Assembly: GCA_002422125.1 (NCBI GenBank)
Contig: DITF01000082.1
Span: 1-48,329, forward strand
Direction of reading: 5' to 3'
DNA from: a bacterium UBP17_UBA6191
GTDB lineage: Bacteria > Muiribacteriota > UBA6191
DNA: 48,329 nt
Under the pieces are notes generated by a model. It had not been told where the DNA came from. It saw only the letters and a program-made list of their open reading frames with translations, and made no database searches. Position numbers and translations under genes: made by a program. Below are positions 36,701-44,213 of the stretch, one piece after another (positions within the stretch are counted from its first letter, which is position 1; each line of letters begins with the position of its first letter).

Positions 36701-38784
36701 CCTTGGATAAAACGGCAGTCGGTTTGAATAATGTTCCCAATACCCATATTCAGTATTCTTCAGCTATTGCCGCCGATCAGTTTTTAGCTGGTGAGGTCAC
36801 CAATCTTCGTGCCTCGCAGTTGGCTGACGGTTCCACTCCCTGGACGGCCAAGGAAAATGCCATAACAGCAGGAACCTCACTTCAGTATTTCCGCGGCGAT
36901 AAAACCTGGCAGACCTTAAATGCCACAGCCGTGGGGCTGGCAAATGTTACCAATGACTTGCAGCTAAAACGGGCTTCTAATTTATTGGATTTACAGGATG
37001 TTAATGCAGCCAGAACAAACCTTGGACTTGGAACTATGGCTGAGCAGAATGCCTCTGCCGTTGCCATCACGGGTGGTAGCATTAATGCCACAACCATAGG
37101 GATCTCTAACGCATCTCAGGCCAGTTTTACGGTGCTTACGGCCCAAAGTATGAGAGTGACGGGCTCTGTTACCATCACCCAGAGTCTGACAGTTACCGGC
37201 AATGTAACGGCGGCCTTTTTTTATGGTGATGGCTCCAATCTGACAGGTCTCCCAAACAGTGGAAGCATCGCGGCTCAGAATTCGGATAACATTTCCCTAA
37301 CTGGTGGCACGATTAACAATATTGCAATTGGTGCTAGCACAGCCTCTGCGGGGCGGTTTACTACAGTCACGGCAGTCGATGGATTTTATGGAACCATTAA
37401 AACGGCTCACCAACTTGATATCACCAGAGTTGGTACTTTAGAGAGCCTAAATGTCAGTGGGGCCACCACTTTTGCCGCTGGTCTTGAGGTCACAGGCACA
37501 GTTAATGCCACGGGATTTTCTGGCAGTGGTTCATCACTCACTGGGGTGGTAAAAAGTAGTGGTGCTGAAAATATTTCCGGCGTAAAAACCTTTCAGGATG
37601 GAATTGTCTTGCAGGACTCTCCCAGTGTCTCTGATGGAACCATGAAATTTACCACGAGCTCAGGTTTTGAGGGCCGCAAAGATGGTAAGTGGGTTCCGCT
37701 GGCAGGGGCATTTAAAAATGAAATCCTAAATGATTTGGAGCCCTTCTCCAAAACCAACCATCTGGCACTGGCCAATCTTGTTCAGCATTCCGCTTCGGTC
37801 AAAATTGGATCAACTTGGTATGTAGTGTTTGCTAGTAACGGAATTGGAATACCAAACAGTGGTTTGAAACAATATACCTTTAACGAGTCCACAGGAAATT
37901 TAACAACTCAGTTTCAGATAAGTAATGTGGCTTATCAAAGAGTTTATTTAGAAGTAATTAACGGAGAGCATTATTGTTTTGCCTTAACCGGTCAAAATGG
38001 AGCTGCTGCCACCGGCCATATTTTTAAATGGGATGCAGTCAATAATCGTTTTGGGCCGGCAATTTTTCAAAGTCTTACCTTAGGTAACTCATATTCTTGG
38101 GAGTTTCGCCCAGTTACAATTGGTACGGACCACTTTATTTTATTTCCCTTTACGGGGGTCGCAGCGGCACCAACAACCTTGAATCAACGATTACGAGTTT
38201 ACAAATGGGACGGAGCGTCTTTTGTTGTACATCAGGATCTGGCGGCGGGAATCATCAATCAGATCTTAAGATTTGCGTCCAAAATTCTGCAGGTGGGTAG
38301 TAAGTACTATATGATTTTTGCTAGCACCCAGTTTGGAGCGGTGCTTTTTGAATACAACCCTGCGGCTGGAGGTTCATTTATATCCAGAGGCATTTTGAAT
38401 GGGACATTAATTGGTGATAATGGGCTGAGTGCGGAAATGTTTTCGATTGGCTCAGACTCCTATTTGGCAGTGGGTACACAAATTGCCACTGGCGATCTTT
38501 TGATTTTTAAATGGGATGGGGTTGATTTTGCCTTTTTTCAAAGAATCCGCAAAAAAGACCTGTATCCTTTAGCCAATCCTTTTGGGGTCATTTATGATGT
38601 AACCCACATGCAAAGAGGGGATGCCACATATCTTGTGCTGGCCTCGGAGTGGGTCGCATCAAGGGATGCCAGTCATCATCTACTGCGGTATGAGCCCTCG
38701 GAAAACCAATTCAAAATCAGCCAGCATTTATTGTGGGGGGGACAGTGGCTCAAAATATTGGAGCCCGTGGCAACGCCATCCTAG
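33784..38784 (+). CDS. Giant secreted phage-tail-fibre-like (chimeric trimeric-fibre-type) surface protein with a C-terminal beta-propeller tip
   Basis: 1666 aa with a signal peptide (ALLPEVWA|F). It carries iterated fibre motifs: F/L-x-GDGS-x-(L/I)-TG-(L/I) six times. NLSDLPDKPQSRTNLGLGTIATQN and NLLDLQDVNAARTNLGLGTMAEQN are present, as are (A/S)ITGG(T/S)(V/I)N and YFRGDKTWQTL repeats. The C-terminal ~350 aa forms six propeller-blade-like repeats. Confidence 0.8.
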   Translation: MMKIIFRILTLVFALLPEVWAFDYFVYSGALLDRNGFAIVVNSTINFEISLYDSASGANSAYKQQFDSVPVKNGLFKLRIGPGLPDLNRFNFMELVVDGVPLDSRISLLPNPLAIGANRANISENSVRFGGMTTQEFLALSSTGGVGPTVALTRVEVLESQMSDVRARALFTNETATVTASIVMDSVTGRLQFQGSIPGSTPSTRILVYNSLGQSAFTVKSDGEVIASKFTGNGSGLTNVEADKLRQVTIVGTGDITLVGGSVLMGTNSGDGAGPGTIPNAGPGVTGLLTGDDWIRFNNNTGGSGGSTIPTNVLVKTDIVDNLITSATDKVLSASRGVFIAQELQTLRTDLNAVAAANGAPVTLTKNDVGLGNVANLNVQTAWQQNKGVSIASDLFKAIDSDGLKLQAADGTGIQVRPSGRVGINSSSPAAALEVKATGSFHVFGAYAAGDSTPAMFVTTAGFVGVRMQNPVHELDVAGTIRAQTLRGDGSNITGITKAQIGLTNVPNTNIAYANPIAADAFNATEVGHLRAGRLSDGTQPWNNNEATLAPGTVNDYLRGDRTWQLLNKGAVGLSNVTNNEQLAKAQNLSDLPDKPQSRTNLGLGTIATQNSNTVAITGGTVNGTVIGGATPAAATFTTVNATTFIGDGSQLTGLNIPSAGTIASQNFNAVSLTGGSINNIPIGTATPSTGRFTTVTANSFIGDGSQLTGITKASIGLGNVPNTNIQYSSAIAADQFNGTEVGNLRANRLADGTEPWANREPLISSGTTNQFFRGDKTWQTLSASQFSATEVGNLRANFLADGSTPWTNKENSITAGTTAQYFRGDKSWQTLDKTAVGLSNVPNTNIQYSSAIPADQFLSGEVTNLRASQLANGSTPWTLKENAITAGTTAQYFRGDKTWQTLDKAAIGLSNVPNTHIQYSTAIAADQFLSGEVTNLRASQLANGSTPWTGKENAITAGTTAQYFRGDKTWQTLDKTAVGLNNVPNTHIQYSSAIAADQFLAGEVTNLRASQLADGSTPWTAKENAITAGTSLQYFRGDKTWQTLNATAVGLANVTNDLQLKRASNLLDLQDVNAARTNLGLGTMAEQNASAVAITGGSINATTIGISNASQASFTVLTAQSMRVTGSVTITQSLTVTGNVTAAFFYGDGSNLTGLPNSGSIAAQNSDNISLTGGTINNIAIGASTASAGRFTTVTAVDGFYGTIKTAHQLDITRVGTLESLNVSGATTFAAGLEVTGTVNATGFSGSGSSLTGVVKSSGAENISGVKTFQDGIVLQDSPSVSDGTMKFTTSSGFEGRKDGKWVPLAGAFKNEILNDLEPFSKTNHLALANLVQHSASVKIGSTWYVVFASNGIGIPNSGLKQYTFNESTGNLTTQFQISNVAYQRVYLEVINGEHYCFALTGQNGAAATGHIFKWDAVNNRFGPAIFQSLTLGNSYSWEFRPVTIGTDHFILFPFTGVAAAPTTLNQRLRVYKWDGASFVVHQDLAAGIINQILRFASKILQVGSKYYMIFASTQFGAVLFEYNPAAGGSFISRGILNGTLIGDNGLSAEMFSIGSDSYLAVGTQIATGDLLIFKWDGVDFAFFQRIRKKDLYPLANPFGVIYDVTHMQRGDATYLVLASEWVASRDASHHLLRYEPSENQFKISQHLLWGGQWLKILEPVATPS
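35911..36918 (+). repeat. Tandem coding repeats inside the fibre gene (213-bp / 71-aa unit)
   Basis: Three near-identical in-frame units lie at 36280-36492, 36493-36705 and 36706-36918 (DK(T/A)A(V/I)GL(S/N)NVPNT(N/H)IQYS..A.ADQFL.GEVTNLRASQLA.GSTPWT.KENAITAGT..QYFRGDKTWQTL). They are preceded by a truncated unit (36130-36279) and a diverged unit (35911-36129). An older diverged copy lies at 35266-35480. Confidence 0.9.
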
Positions 38785-39371
38785 AAGTTGATGAGTATAC
38801 TTATATTGTTCAGCCAAGATTCACATCACTTGCGGTAGCACCAGAGGTTGTTGCCCCGGAGTATGTCATTTTTCGTGGTGAGTTGAATTCCAAATACCTG
38901 TCTTCTCTGGCCGTGGGTCGGTTAGGTGTGGGGGTTGAGGTTCCGAGTGTGACCCTTGAGGTTAAAGGAAACACTTTTATTACCGGAGACTTAAATGTCA
39001 GCGGGACTAAAAACTTTAATATCCAGGATCCAAGATATAAAAATGATGTATCCAGAAGACTGGTGCATTCGGCCTTAGAGGGCTCAGAAGCTGCGGTGTA
39101 TTACCGAGGTCGGGCCAAACTGCAAAGGGGTCGCGTAACCATTCAATTGCCCGATTATTTTGAGGCTCTGACGGCCAAAGAAGAACGAACCGTACAGCTT
39201 ACCCCCATCAATGGATTTTCACCTTTGTTTTTGCATGGAGAGGTCGAAGACTCAAAATTTGAGGTCATGACAACGGTTCATGGTCGTGAGGATCAAGAAT
39301 TTTTCTGGGAGGTTAAGGCCGTCAGAAAAGACATACCAAGGCTTGAGGTTGAGAGAGTGGTTTATAAGTGA
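38733..39371 (+). CDS. Tail-fibre C-terminal-module ORF in the -1 frame of the fibre gene (possible frameshift extension, or a separate tip/chaperone protein)
   Basis: 212-codon open frame. The only in-frame ATG is about 34 codons from the stop. The track start is a GTG at 38733, inside the fibre ORF and with no SD. Content resembles tail-fibre ends: RLGVGVEVPSVTLEVKGN.FITGDLNVSGTKNFNIQDP....LVHSALEGSEAAVYYRGRAKL..GRVTIQLPDYFEAL. Confidence 0.55.
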   Translation: MGGTVAQNIGARGNAILEVDEYTYIVQPRFTSLAVAPEVVAPEYVIFRGELNSKYLSSLAVGRLGVGVEVPSVTLEVKGNTFITGDLNVSGTKNFNIQDPRYKNDVSRRLVHSALEGSEAAVYYRGRAKLQRGRVTIQLPDYFEALTAKEERTVQLTPINGFSPLFLHGEVEDSKFEVMTTVHGREDQEFFWEVKAVRKDIPRLEVERVVYK

Positions 39372-39380
39372 GTTACGAGA

Positions 39381-41549
39381 CTAAAAATCTATTTTGTAGC
39401 TGAGTTGGATTCTTCTGCCTCTAGGAGGAGTTAGCATCTTATGACTGCTTACAGTATAGTTTAAGCTGCGGTAGTCTTCATCTAATACATTTAAAAGATC
39501 TATTCCGAGTTGATGTGATTTATTGTGTTGGTAGGTTAGGCCTAAATCGTGAATTAGGGCTGAGGGTTGTTCAGAAGGATTGATACCGGAACCGTCCTGC
39601 CTTTTTCCCAAGTAGCGGCTAGTGGTATATAGGCTGAAATTTTTACAGATTTTATGGTCTATTCCCACAGCTCCGTTCATTTTCATGCTACCTGGCATGG
39701 GATTGGTAACGGTGGTAATGTCTGTGTAGTCCATAAAATTAAGATTGGTATACCATCTTGTTTTAGAGTTTAACCTCTCGCTTAACTCAACTTCCCAGCC
39801 TTTGGAATGAATAATTCCGTTGCGATTGGTATAGGTATTTGCAGAGGCTCGCAAAAGATTCGTCAGTCGCATACTATAATGGGTTACGGAGATTTGTCGA
39901 TCACCCCGTTTCATGGATTTGGACCAGTTGTACTCCCAGGATTCCACGGTTTCCTCTCTCAGATTTACCGAGCCACGAAAGGCCACCGTGGGAATATTAC
40001 TGAAAAGTTCAAATGGGCTGGGATATCGAAAGCCTTTACCCCAGATGACTTTGAGAAATTCGTCCTTTTTTAACTCAAAAGTGACAGCATATTTAGGTGT
40101 GTATCCAGCCCCGACAATTTGATGTGAATTGCGACGATTGGCTGCTAACAGGGTAACTTTGTCCGAGGCTTTATAGATTCCCTGAATATAAAGACCTTCT
40201 ATCTGTATGGATCCAGGTATTAGACTATAGAACTCATTGGCAGGCAGGGGAGTTTGAGTAAAGACTCTGGAGGCCCAATTAACATTTGCGCCAAAAGTTC
40301 TTTGCCCAAAAGAAACTCTTTCATGGTTAAAACCCAATATCAGGTTTAACCTATTTCCGATTTGCCTTTCGGCTTGAATTTCAAATTCATGTGCTTTGGA
40401 ATCTGAATCCAGACTAAATAAGTACAAATCGTATTCTCGTACCTTTTCCGAGGAATCAGAGGTTTTGAATGTAGTTTTTATTTTTGTACTGGGGGAAAGA
40501 TTGCGGCTATATTCTAACCCTAACCAATTTTGTTGAATTTCATTCTCGGAACGCACCCTTCCCGGCTCATGAAAGGATGTAGGAATATGAAATAGTGCCG
40601 GGTCTCTGTAAAAGGGACTGCCTAGAGTTGCCCTTTCAAAAATTCCGCCCCAGAATGGGATTCTGGCATCTTCCTGATATGAGGAATTCCGCTTAGACAG
40701 ATAGGAGCCATAACTTAGTTTTAGATCTTGAAACTGGGAGACACCCAAAAAGGATCGGTTGTCATAATCCAGACGAAAATCTGAGGCTTGACCAGGATAA
40801 GAGCGGACTACTCCTCTGCCACTCAGTAAATTATCAAATCCATTGATTTGATTGGCGTGATACTGGTAGTCCCCGGCTTTGGCCCGATCGGTTCCGTCTT
40901 CACCAGATATTCTCAGCGAGAAAAAATGCTGATGATTGTGGTTTCTTTCAAAATAACCCAAGCTTGTCCCAAAAACTCCGGCACCGCCAAGAACAAACTG
41001 GGCAAAATTATTTTCATAACCTTTTCCATCAAAGGTTTCAATGTTAATTACCCCGGAATAGGCATTGGATCCATATAAAACCGATCCCGGGCCACGAACC
41101 AGCTCCAGCCGTTTGATACTTTCTTTGGGAATGGAATCCAGATTAAAGTTGGGTCCAGTTGGATCATTTAGCTTAATCCCATTGATCACAAGCAAAACCT
41201 TATTGTTATAAATCTGGTTCTGAATCATCCTGATATTGATGTATTGCCGACCCAGATGACCTTCTTCAATATGAACCCCAGGCGCAGTCTTTAGAAGATC
41301 GTAAACTGAATCAAATTTTTGGATATCTCGTTGGGTGTACACTTTGACTATAGAGGGAGTGGAAAGAGATGAGTCCAGTTTTTTGGTAGCTCCAGTGGTG
41401 GCATCCTTGTTCATGGAATTGGAAATGTCCAGAAGTAGGTTGTGTACCCTGTCAGGAGGGGGAGTCTGTGCCTCTGTTTGTCGGGATATCAATAGTCCGG
41501 CCAGTCCCACGAGCCGGGAAAAATTTTTCAGTTTTTGTGTCCCATTCAT
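39381..41549 (-). CDS. TonB-dependent outer-membrane receptor
   Basis: 722 aa with a signal peptide. Plug-domain motifs are VLLVINGIKLNDP and LELVRGPGSVLYGSNAYSGVINI. A long beta-barrel region ends in the aromatic terminus LSYKIDF. Confidence 0.85.
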   Translation of the reverse strand: MNGTQKLKNFSRLVGLAGLLISRQTEAQTPPPDRVHNLLLDISNSMNKDATTGATKKLDSSLSTPSIVKVYTQRDIQKFDSVYDLLKTAPGVHIEEGHLGRQYINIRMIQNQIYNNKVLLVINGIKLNDPTGPNFNLDSIPKESIKRLELVRGPGSVLYGSNAYSGVINIETFDGKGYENNFAQFVLGGAGVFGTSLGYFERNHNHQHFFSLRISGEDGTDRAKAGDYQYHANQINGFDNLLSGRGVVRSYPGQASDFRLDYDNRSFLGVSQFQDLKLSYGSYLSKRNSSYQEDARIPFWGGIFERATLGSPFYRDPALFHIPTSFHEPGRVRSENEIQQNWLGLEYSRNLSPSTKIKTTFKTSDSSEKVREYDLYLFSLDSDSKAHEFEIQAERQIGNRLNLILGFNHERVSFGQRTFGANVNWASRVFTQTPLPANEFYSLIPGSIQIEGLYIQGIYKASDKVTLLAANRRNSHQIVGAGYTPKYAVTFELKKDEFLKVIWGKGFRYPSPFELFSNIPTVAFRGSVNLREETVESWEYNWSKSMKRGDRQISVTHYSMRLTNLLRASANTYTNRNGIIHSKGWEVELSERLNSKTRWYTNLNFMDYTDITTVTNPMPGSMKMNGAVGIDHKICKNFSLYTTSRYLGKRQDGSGINPSEQPSALIHDLGLTYQHNKSHQLGIDLLNVLDEDYRSLNYTVSSHKMLTPPRGRRIQLSYKIDF

Positions 41550-41617
41550 TACTTAATGAGCTTAATGGTACAGAAACAGACAGTCAAGGATTCCGATGAG
41601 CATCTAGTACAATTTGC

Positions 41618-42349
41618 CTACTTTTTTACATTTTGCATTAAGTCTCGAACTGCTTTTGAGGCACAGAAGGCCCCAAAAAGTGGGGGCATCCAGGAAATGG
41701 TCCCGATTACGGACTTTTTATTACGGCTGCCGTCTGTTTCCAAAAGTCTTGATTTATCAATTTCCTCTGGAGAAAAGACAACCCAAAATCCTGAGCGGAT
41801 GTTCGCTTGATGCAGGCGTTTTCTTAGGGTTTTGGCCAAGGTACACTGATAGGACTTACTTATGTCTGAGATGCAAATTTTTTCTGGATCAAATTTGCCT
41901 CCGGCCCCCATAGCGGATATAAGGGGCAGACCAGCCTTGAGGCAGCCAATAATCAGGCTTACCTTGGGGGAAAGGGTATCAATACAATCTAAAACATAAT
42001 CATAGCGATTTTCAGAAAATAATTCCGACATGGCATTTTCATCCAGGTATTTATCAATACAATGAACGATTAAATCTGGGTTGATATCCAAAAGCCTCTC
42101 CCGTAGAGCCATGGCCTTATTTTTTCCCTTTGTGGAATCAAGGGCCACAAGCTGACGGTTTTTATTCGAGGCCTCAATTTCATCCCCATCTACAATTGTG
42201 AGTTGTCCAACTCCTGAGCGACAGAGACACTCAGTGGCAAAACCACCAACTCCTCCCAGTCCAACCACCAGGACATGGCTGTTTTTTAAGGTGTTTACGG
42301 CCTCATCCCCAATTAACATTCTTTCGCGAATTAACCAATCTTCTTGCAT
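41618..42349 (-). CDS. tcdA: tRNA threonylcarbamoyladenosine dehydratase (TcdA/CsdL, ThiF/E1-like family)
   Basis: 243 aa. The Rossmann motif is VVGLGGVGGFATECLCRSGVGQLTIVDGDEIEASNKNRQ. Size and layout are typical of TcdA rather than ThiF/MoeB. Confidence 0.7.
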   Translation of the reverse strand: MQEDWLIRERMLIGDEAVNTLKNSHVLVVGLGGVGGFATECLCRSGVGQLTIVDGDEIEASNKNRQLVALDSTKGKNKAMALRERLLDINPDLIVHCIDKYLDENAMSELFSENRYDYVLDCIDTLSPKVSLIIGCLKAGLPLISAMGAGGKFDPEKICISDISKSYQCTLAKTLRKRLHQANIRSGFWVVFSPEEIDKSRLLETDGSRNKKSVIGTISWMPPLFGAFCASKAVRDLMQNVKK

Positions 42350-42999
42350 GGGTCCAGTTTGCCATAAAAATTGAAAAAATTGCCATGAATCTGATCAATC
42401 AGCTCCTCCATGTTAATCTCAAGCAGTGTAGCAGCCTGCTGGTAGACATCCTTAATGGTTACTGTGATCTGATCGTCTGTTTCCAAAAGAATGTATTGTT
42501 TGGGAACTTTCTTAAAGGCCGATATTGTTTTTTTGGAGTTACCAAAAAGTGAGGGACCAAAACCCAGGTAGATTCCCTGAGCGGTTAAAGATAAAGCTTC
42601 CTCGGGGCTACCAAAAAATCCGTGAATCATAATGGGTTGCAGCACACCAAGCTTTCTAGCCATTTGAATACATAATGTATGAGAACGGACACTATGCAAA
42701 ATCAGGGGAAATGAGGTTTCTGCAACAAGTTCTAAAAAGCTTTTGTAGGCCCTAATCTGTAAATCCCAGTTGGTGAGGCAGGATTTATCCAGTCCAGCTT
42801 CACCAAGTCCTACCAAATGTGGATGGGACAGATTTTGCCTGAGGTCTTGTAGCCTGAGATCAAATTGGGGTAAAAGGTGCCAGGGGTGCAGTCCAAGAGT
42901 GAATGAGCCGTGTGCAGGTAAAGGGCGGCCAGCATCCAAGCATAGAACCTCTAAGGCATCTGAAGATTGGGAAAAATGTGTGTGAGAGTTGAAATACAT
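42331..42999 (-). CDS. TatD-family metal-dependent hydrolase
   Basis: 222 aa. The N-terminal HxH motif is FNSHTH. GLGEAGLD and ILHSVR motifs and a C-terminal ETD are also present. It is shorter than typical TatD and overlaps tcdA by 19 nt. Confidence 0.65.
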   Translation of the reverse strand: MYFNSHTHFSQSSDALEVLCLDAGRPLPAHGSFTLGLHPWHLLPQFDLRLQDLRQNLSHPHLVGLGEAGLDKSCLTNWDLQIRAYKSFLELVAETSFPLILHSVRSHTLCIQMARKLGVLQPIMIHGFFGSPEEALSLTAQGIYLGFGPSLFGNSKKTISAFKKVPKQYILLETDDQITVTIKDVYQQAATLLEINMEELIDQIHGNFFNFYGKLDPCKKIG

Positions 43000-43108
43000 A
43001 GGTAATTGTCTGGAACAGTTCTAATCCTTACTTGCATACCAGTAATTTAGAAGGATATGATAAACGCAACAGGACATCTAGTATTAAACTACTGGCAGGA
43101 GTACAAAA

Positions 43109-44131
43109 ATGCGAGTACACAATTTAGTTTTATCATTGACATTTATCGCCAGCTCTATGGCATCTGAGGCGGATCTTCTGACTCAGGCCAGAGGGATTTT
43201 TAAGCCAATTCCTTTGGATCAGACAGAGCTTATGAAATTGATTGATAACCCCAAAAATCCGATTACACCCGAAAAGGTTGAGCTGGGCAAAAAACTATAT
43301 TTTGATACTCGTTTATCCAAGAGTAACCTGATTAGCTGCAATACCTGTCATAATTTGTCATTGGGCGGGGTAGATGGAGTGGGGGCCGCTATTGGCCATA
43401 AATGGATGGCAAATCCACATCATTTAAATTCGCCCACAGTCTATAATTCAGTCTTTAACTTTAAGCAGTTCTGGGATGGAAGGGCTGCTGATCTTGAAGA
43501 GCAGGCCATGGGTCCAATTGTGGCAGAACCAGAAATGGCGGCTACAGAAATGATGGTGGCACATAGAATCAAGGCTAGTCCTGAATATGTGGCAGAGTTT
43601 GCCAAGGTTTTTGGAGAAGAGGAAATCAATCTGACAACCATTGGTAAAGCCATTGGGGCTTTTGAACGGACTCTGGTGACTAGGGCCCCGTTTGATGAGT
43701 ATCTTGAAGGCAAGCAGTCAGCTTTGAATGAACAACAGACCCGAGGGCTAAAGCTGTTTATGGATAAGGGCTGTATCACCTGCCATTCCGGTGTGGGAGT
43801 GGGGGGAACCATGTTTCAGAAGTTTCCATTGATGGGTAAATACAAGTATGACACTGTTGGCGATTTTAAGGGTAATGAAAACGGGCTTACCAAAGTCCCC
43901 ATCTTAAGAAATATTACCCAGACAGCCCCTTATATGCACAATGGAGCTGTGTGGACATTGGAAGAAGCTGTGGAAATTATGGCTGAAAATCAGCTTGGAA
44001 TAAAACTTAGCAGCGAGGAAGTAGCTGATATTGTGGCTTTTATGGGTAGCCTTGAAGGTGAAAAACCAAAAATTGAACTGCCAATTTTACCCAATTGGGG
44101 CCCACGAACAATTCGCCCTAATGTGAATTAG
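43109..44131 (+). CDS. Di-haem cytochrome c peroxidase (CCP/MauG family)
   Basis: 340 aa with a signal peptide and two CxxCH haem motifs (CNTCH and CITCH). FWDGRA and APYMHNG motifs are typical of bacterial CCPs. Confidence 0.9.
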   Translation: MRVHNLVLSLTFIASSMASEADLLTQARGIFKPIPLDQTELMKLIDNPKNPITPEKVELGKKLYFDTRLSKSNLISCNTCHNLSLGGVDGVGAAIGHKWMANPHHLNSPTVYNSVFNFKQFWDGRAADLEEQAMGPIVAEPEMAATEMMVAHRIKASPEYVAEFAKVFGEEEINLTTIGKAIGAFERTLVTRAPFDEYLEGKQSALNEQQTRGLKLFMDKGCITCHSGVGVGGTMFQKFPLMGKYKYDTVGDFKGNENGLTKVPILRNITQTAPYMHNGAVWTLEEAVEIMAENQLGIKLSSEEVADIVAFMGSLEGEKPKIELPILPNWGPRTIRPNVN

Positions 44132-44213
44132 ATCGGCTTTTGGGCTTTTTTTGAGAAACATATATAAAATTGTAGCGTAGTAGAAAAAAGCCCGAATTAT
44201 TGTGGAGAAGATT

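Noticed and set aside
35266-36918. CRISPR-like or intergenic repeat array
   Set aside because: The 213-bp repeats are in frame inside a long ORF, with no spacers and no cas genes nearby. They are coding tandem repeats.
33203-39371. Prophage or phage-remnant interpretation of the tail-fibre-like genes
   Set aside because: I could see no integrase, terminase, capsid, portal, baseplate, tape-measure or lysis genes in the window, and no att-like repeats or adjacent tRNA. The fibre has a Sec signal peptide and is coupled to a lipoprotein, which fits a cellular surface structure rather than a virion part.
41535-41913. Plus-strand ORFs of 91 and 99 aa spanning the TonB receptor/tcdA junction
   Set aside because: They run antisense to the well-supported tcdA gene and to the receptor start, and have low-complexity translations with no start context.
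44142-44193. Inverted repeat GGGCTTTTTT ... AAAAAAGCCC as the terminator of the cytochrome c peroxidase gene
   Set aside because: The arms are mostly A/T and are separated by a 32-nt loop. There is no compact GC stem directly followed by a T-tract, so the evidence is too weak to call an intrinsic terminator.
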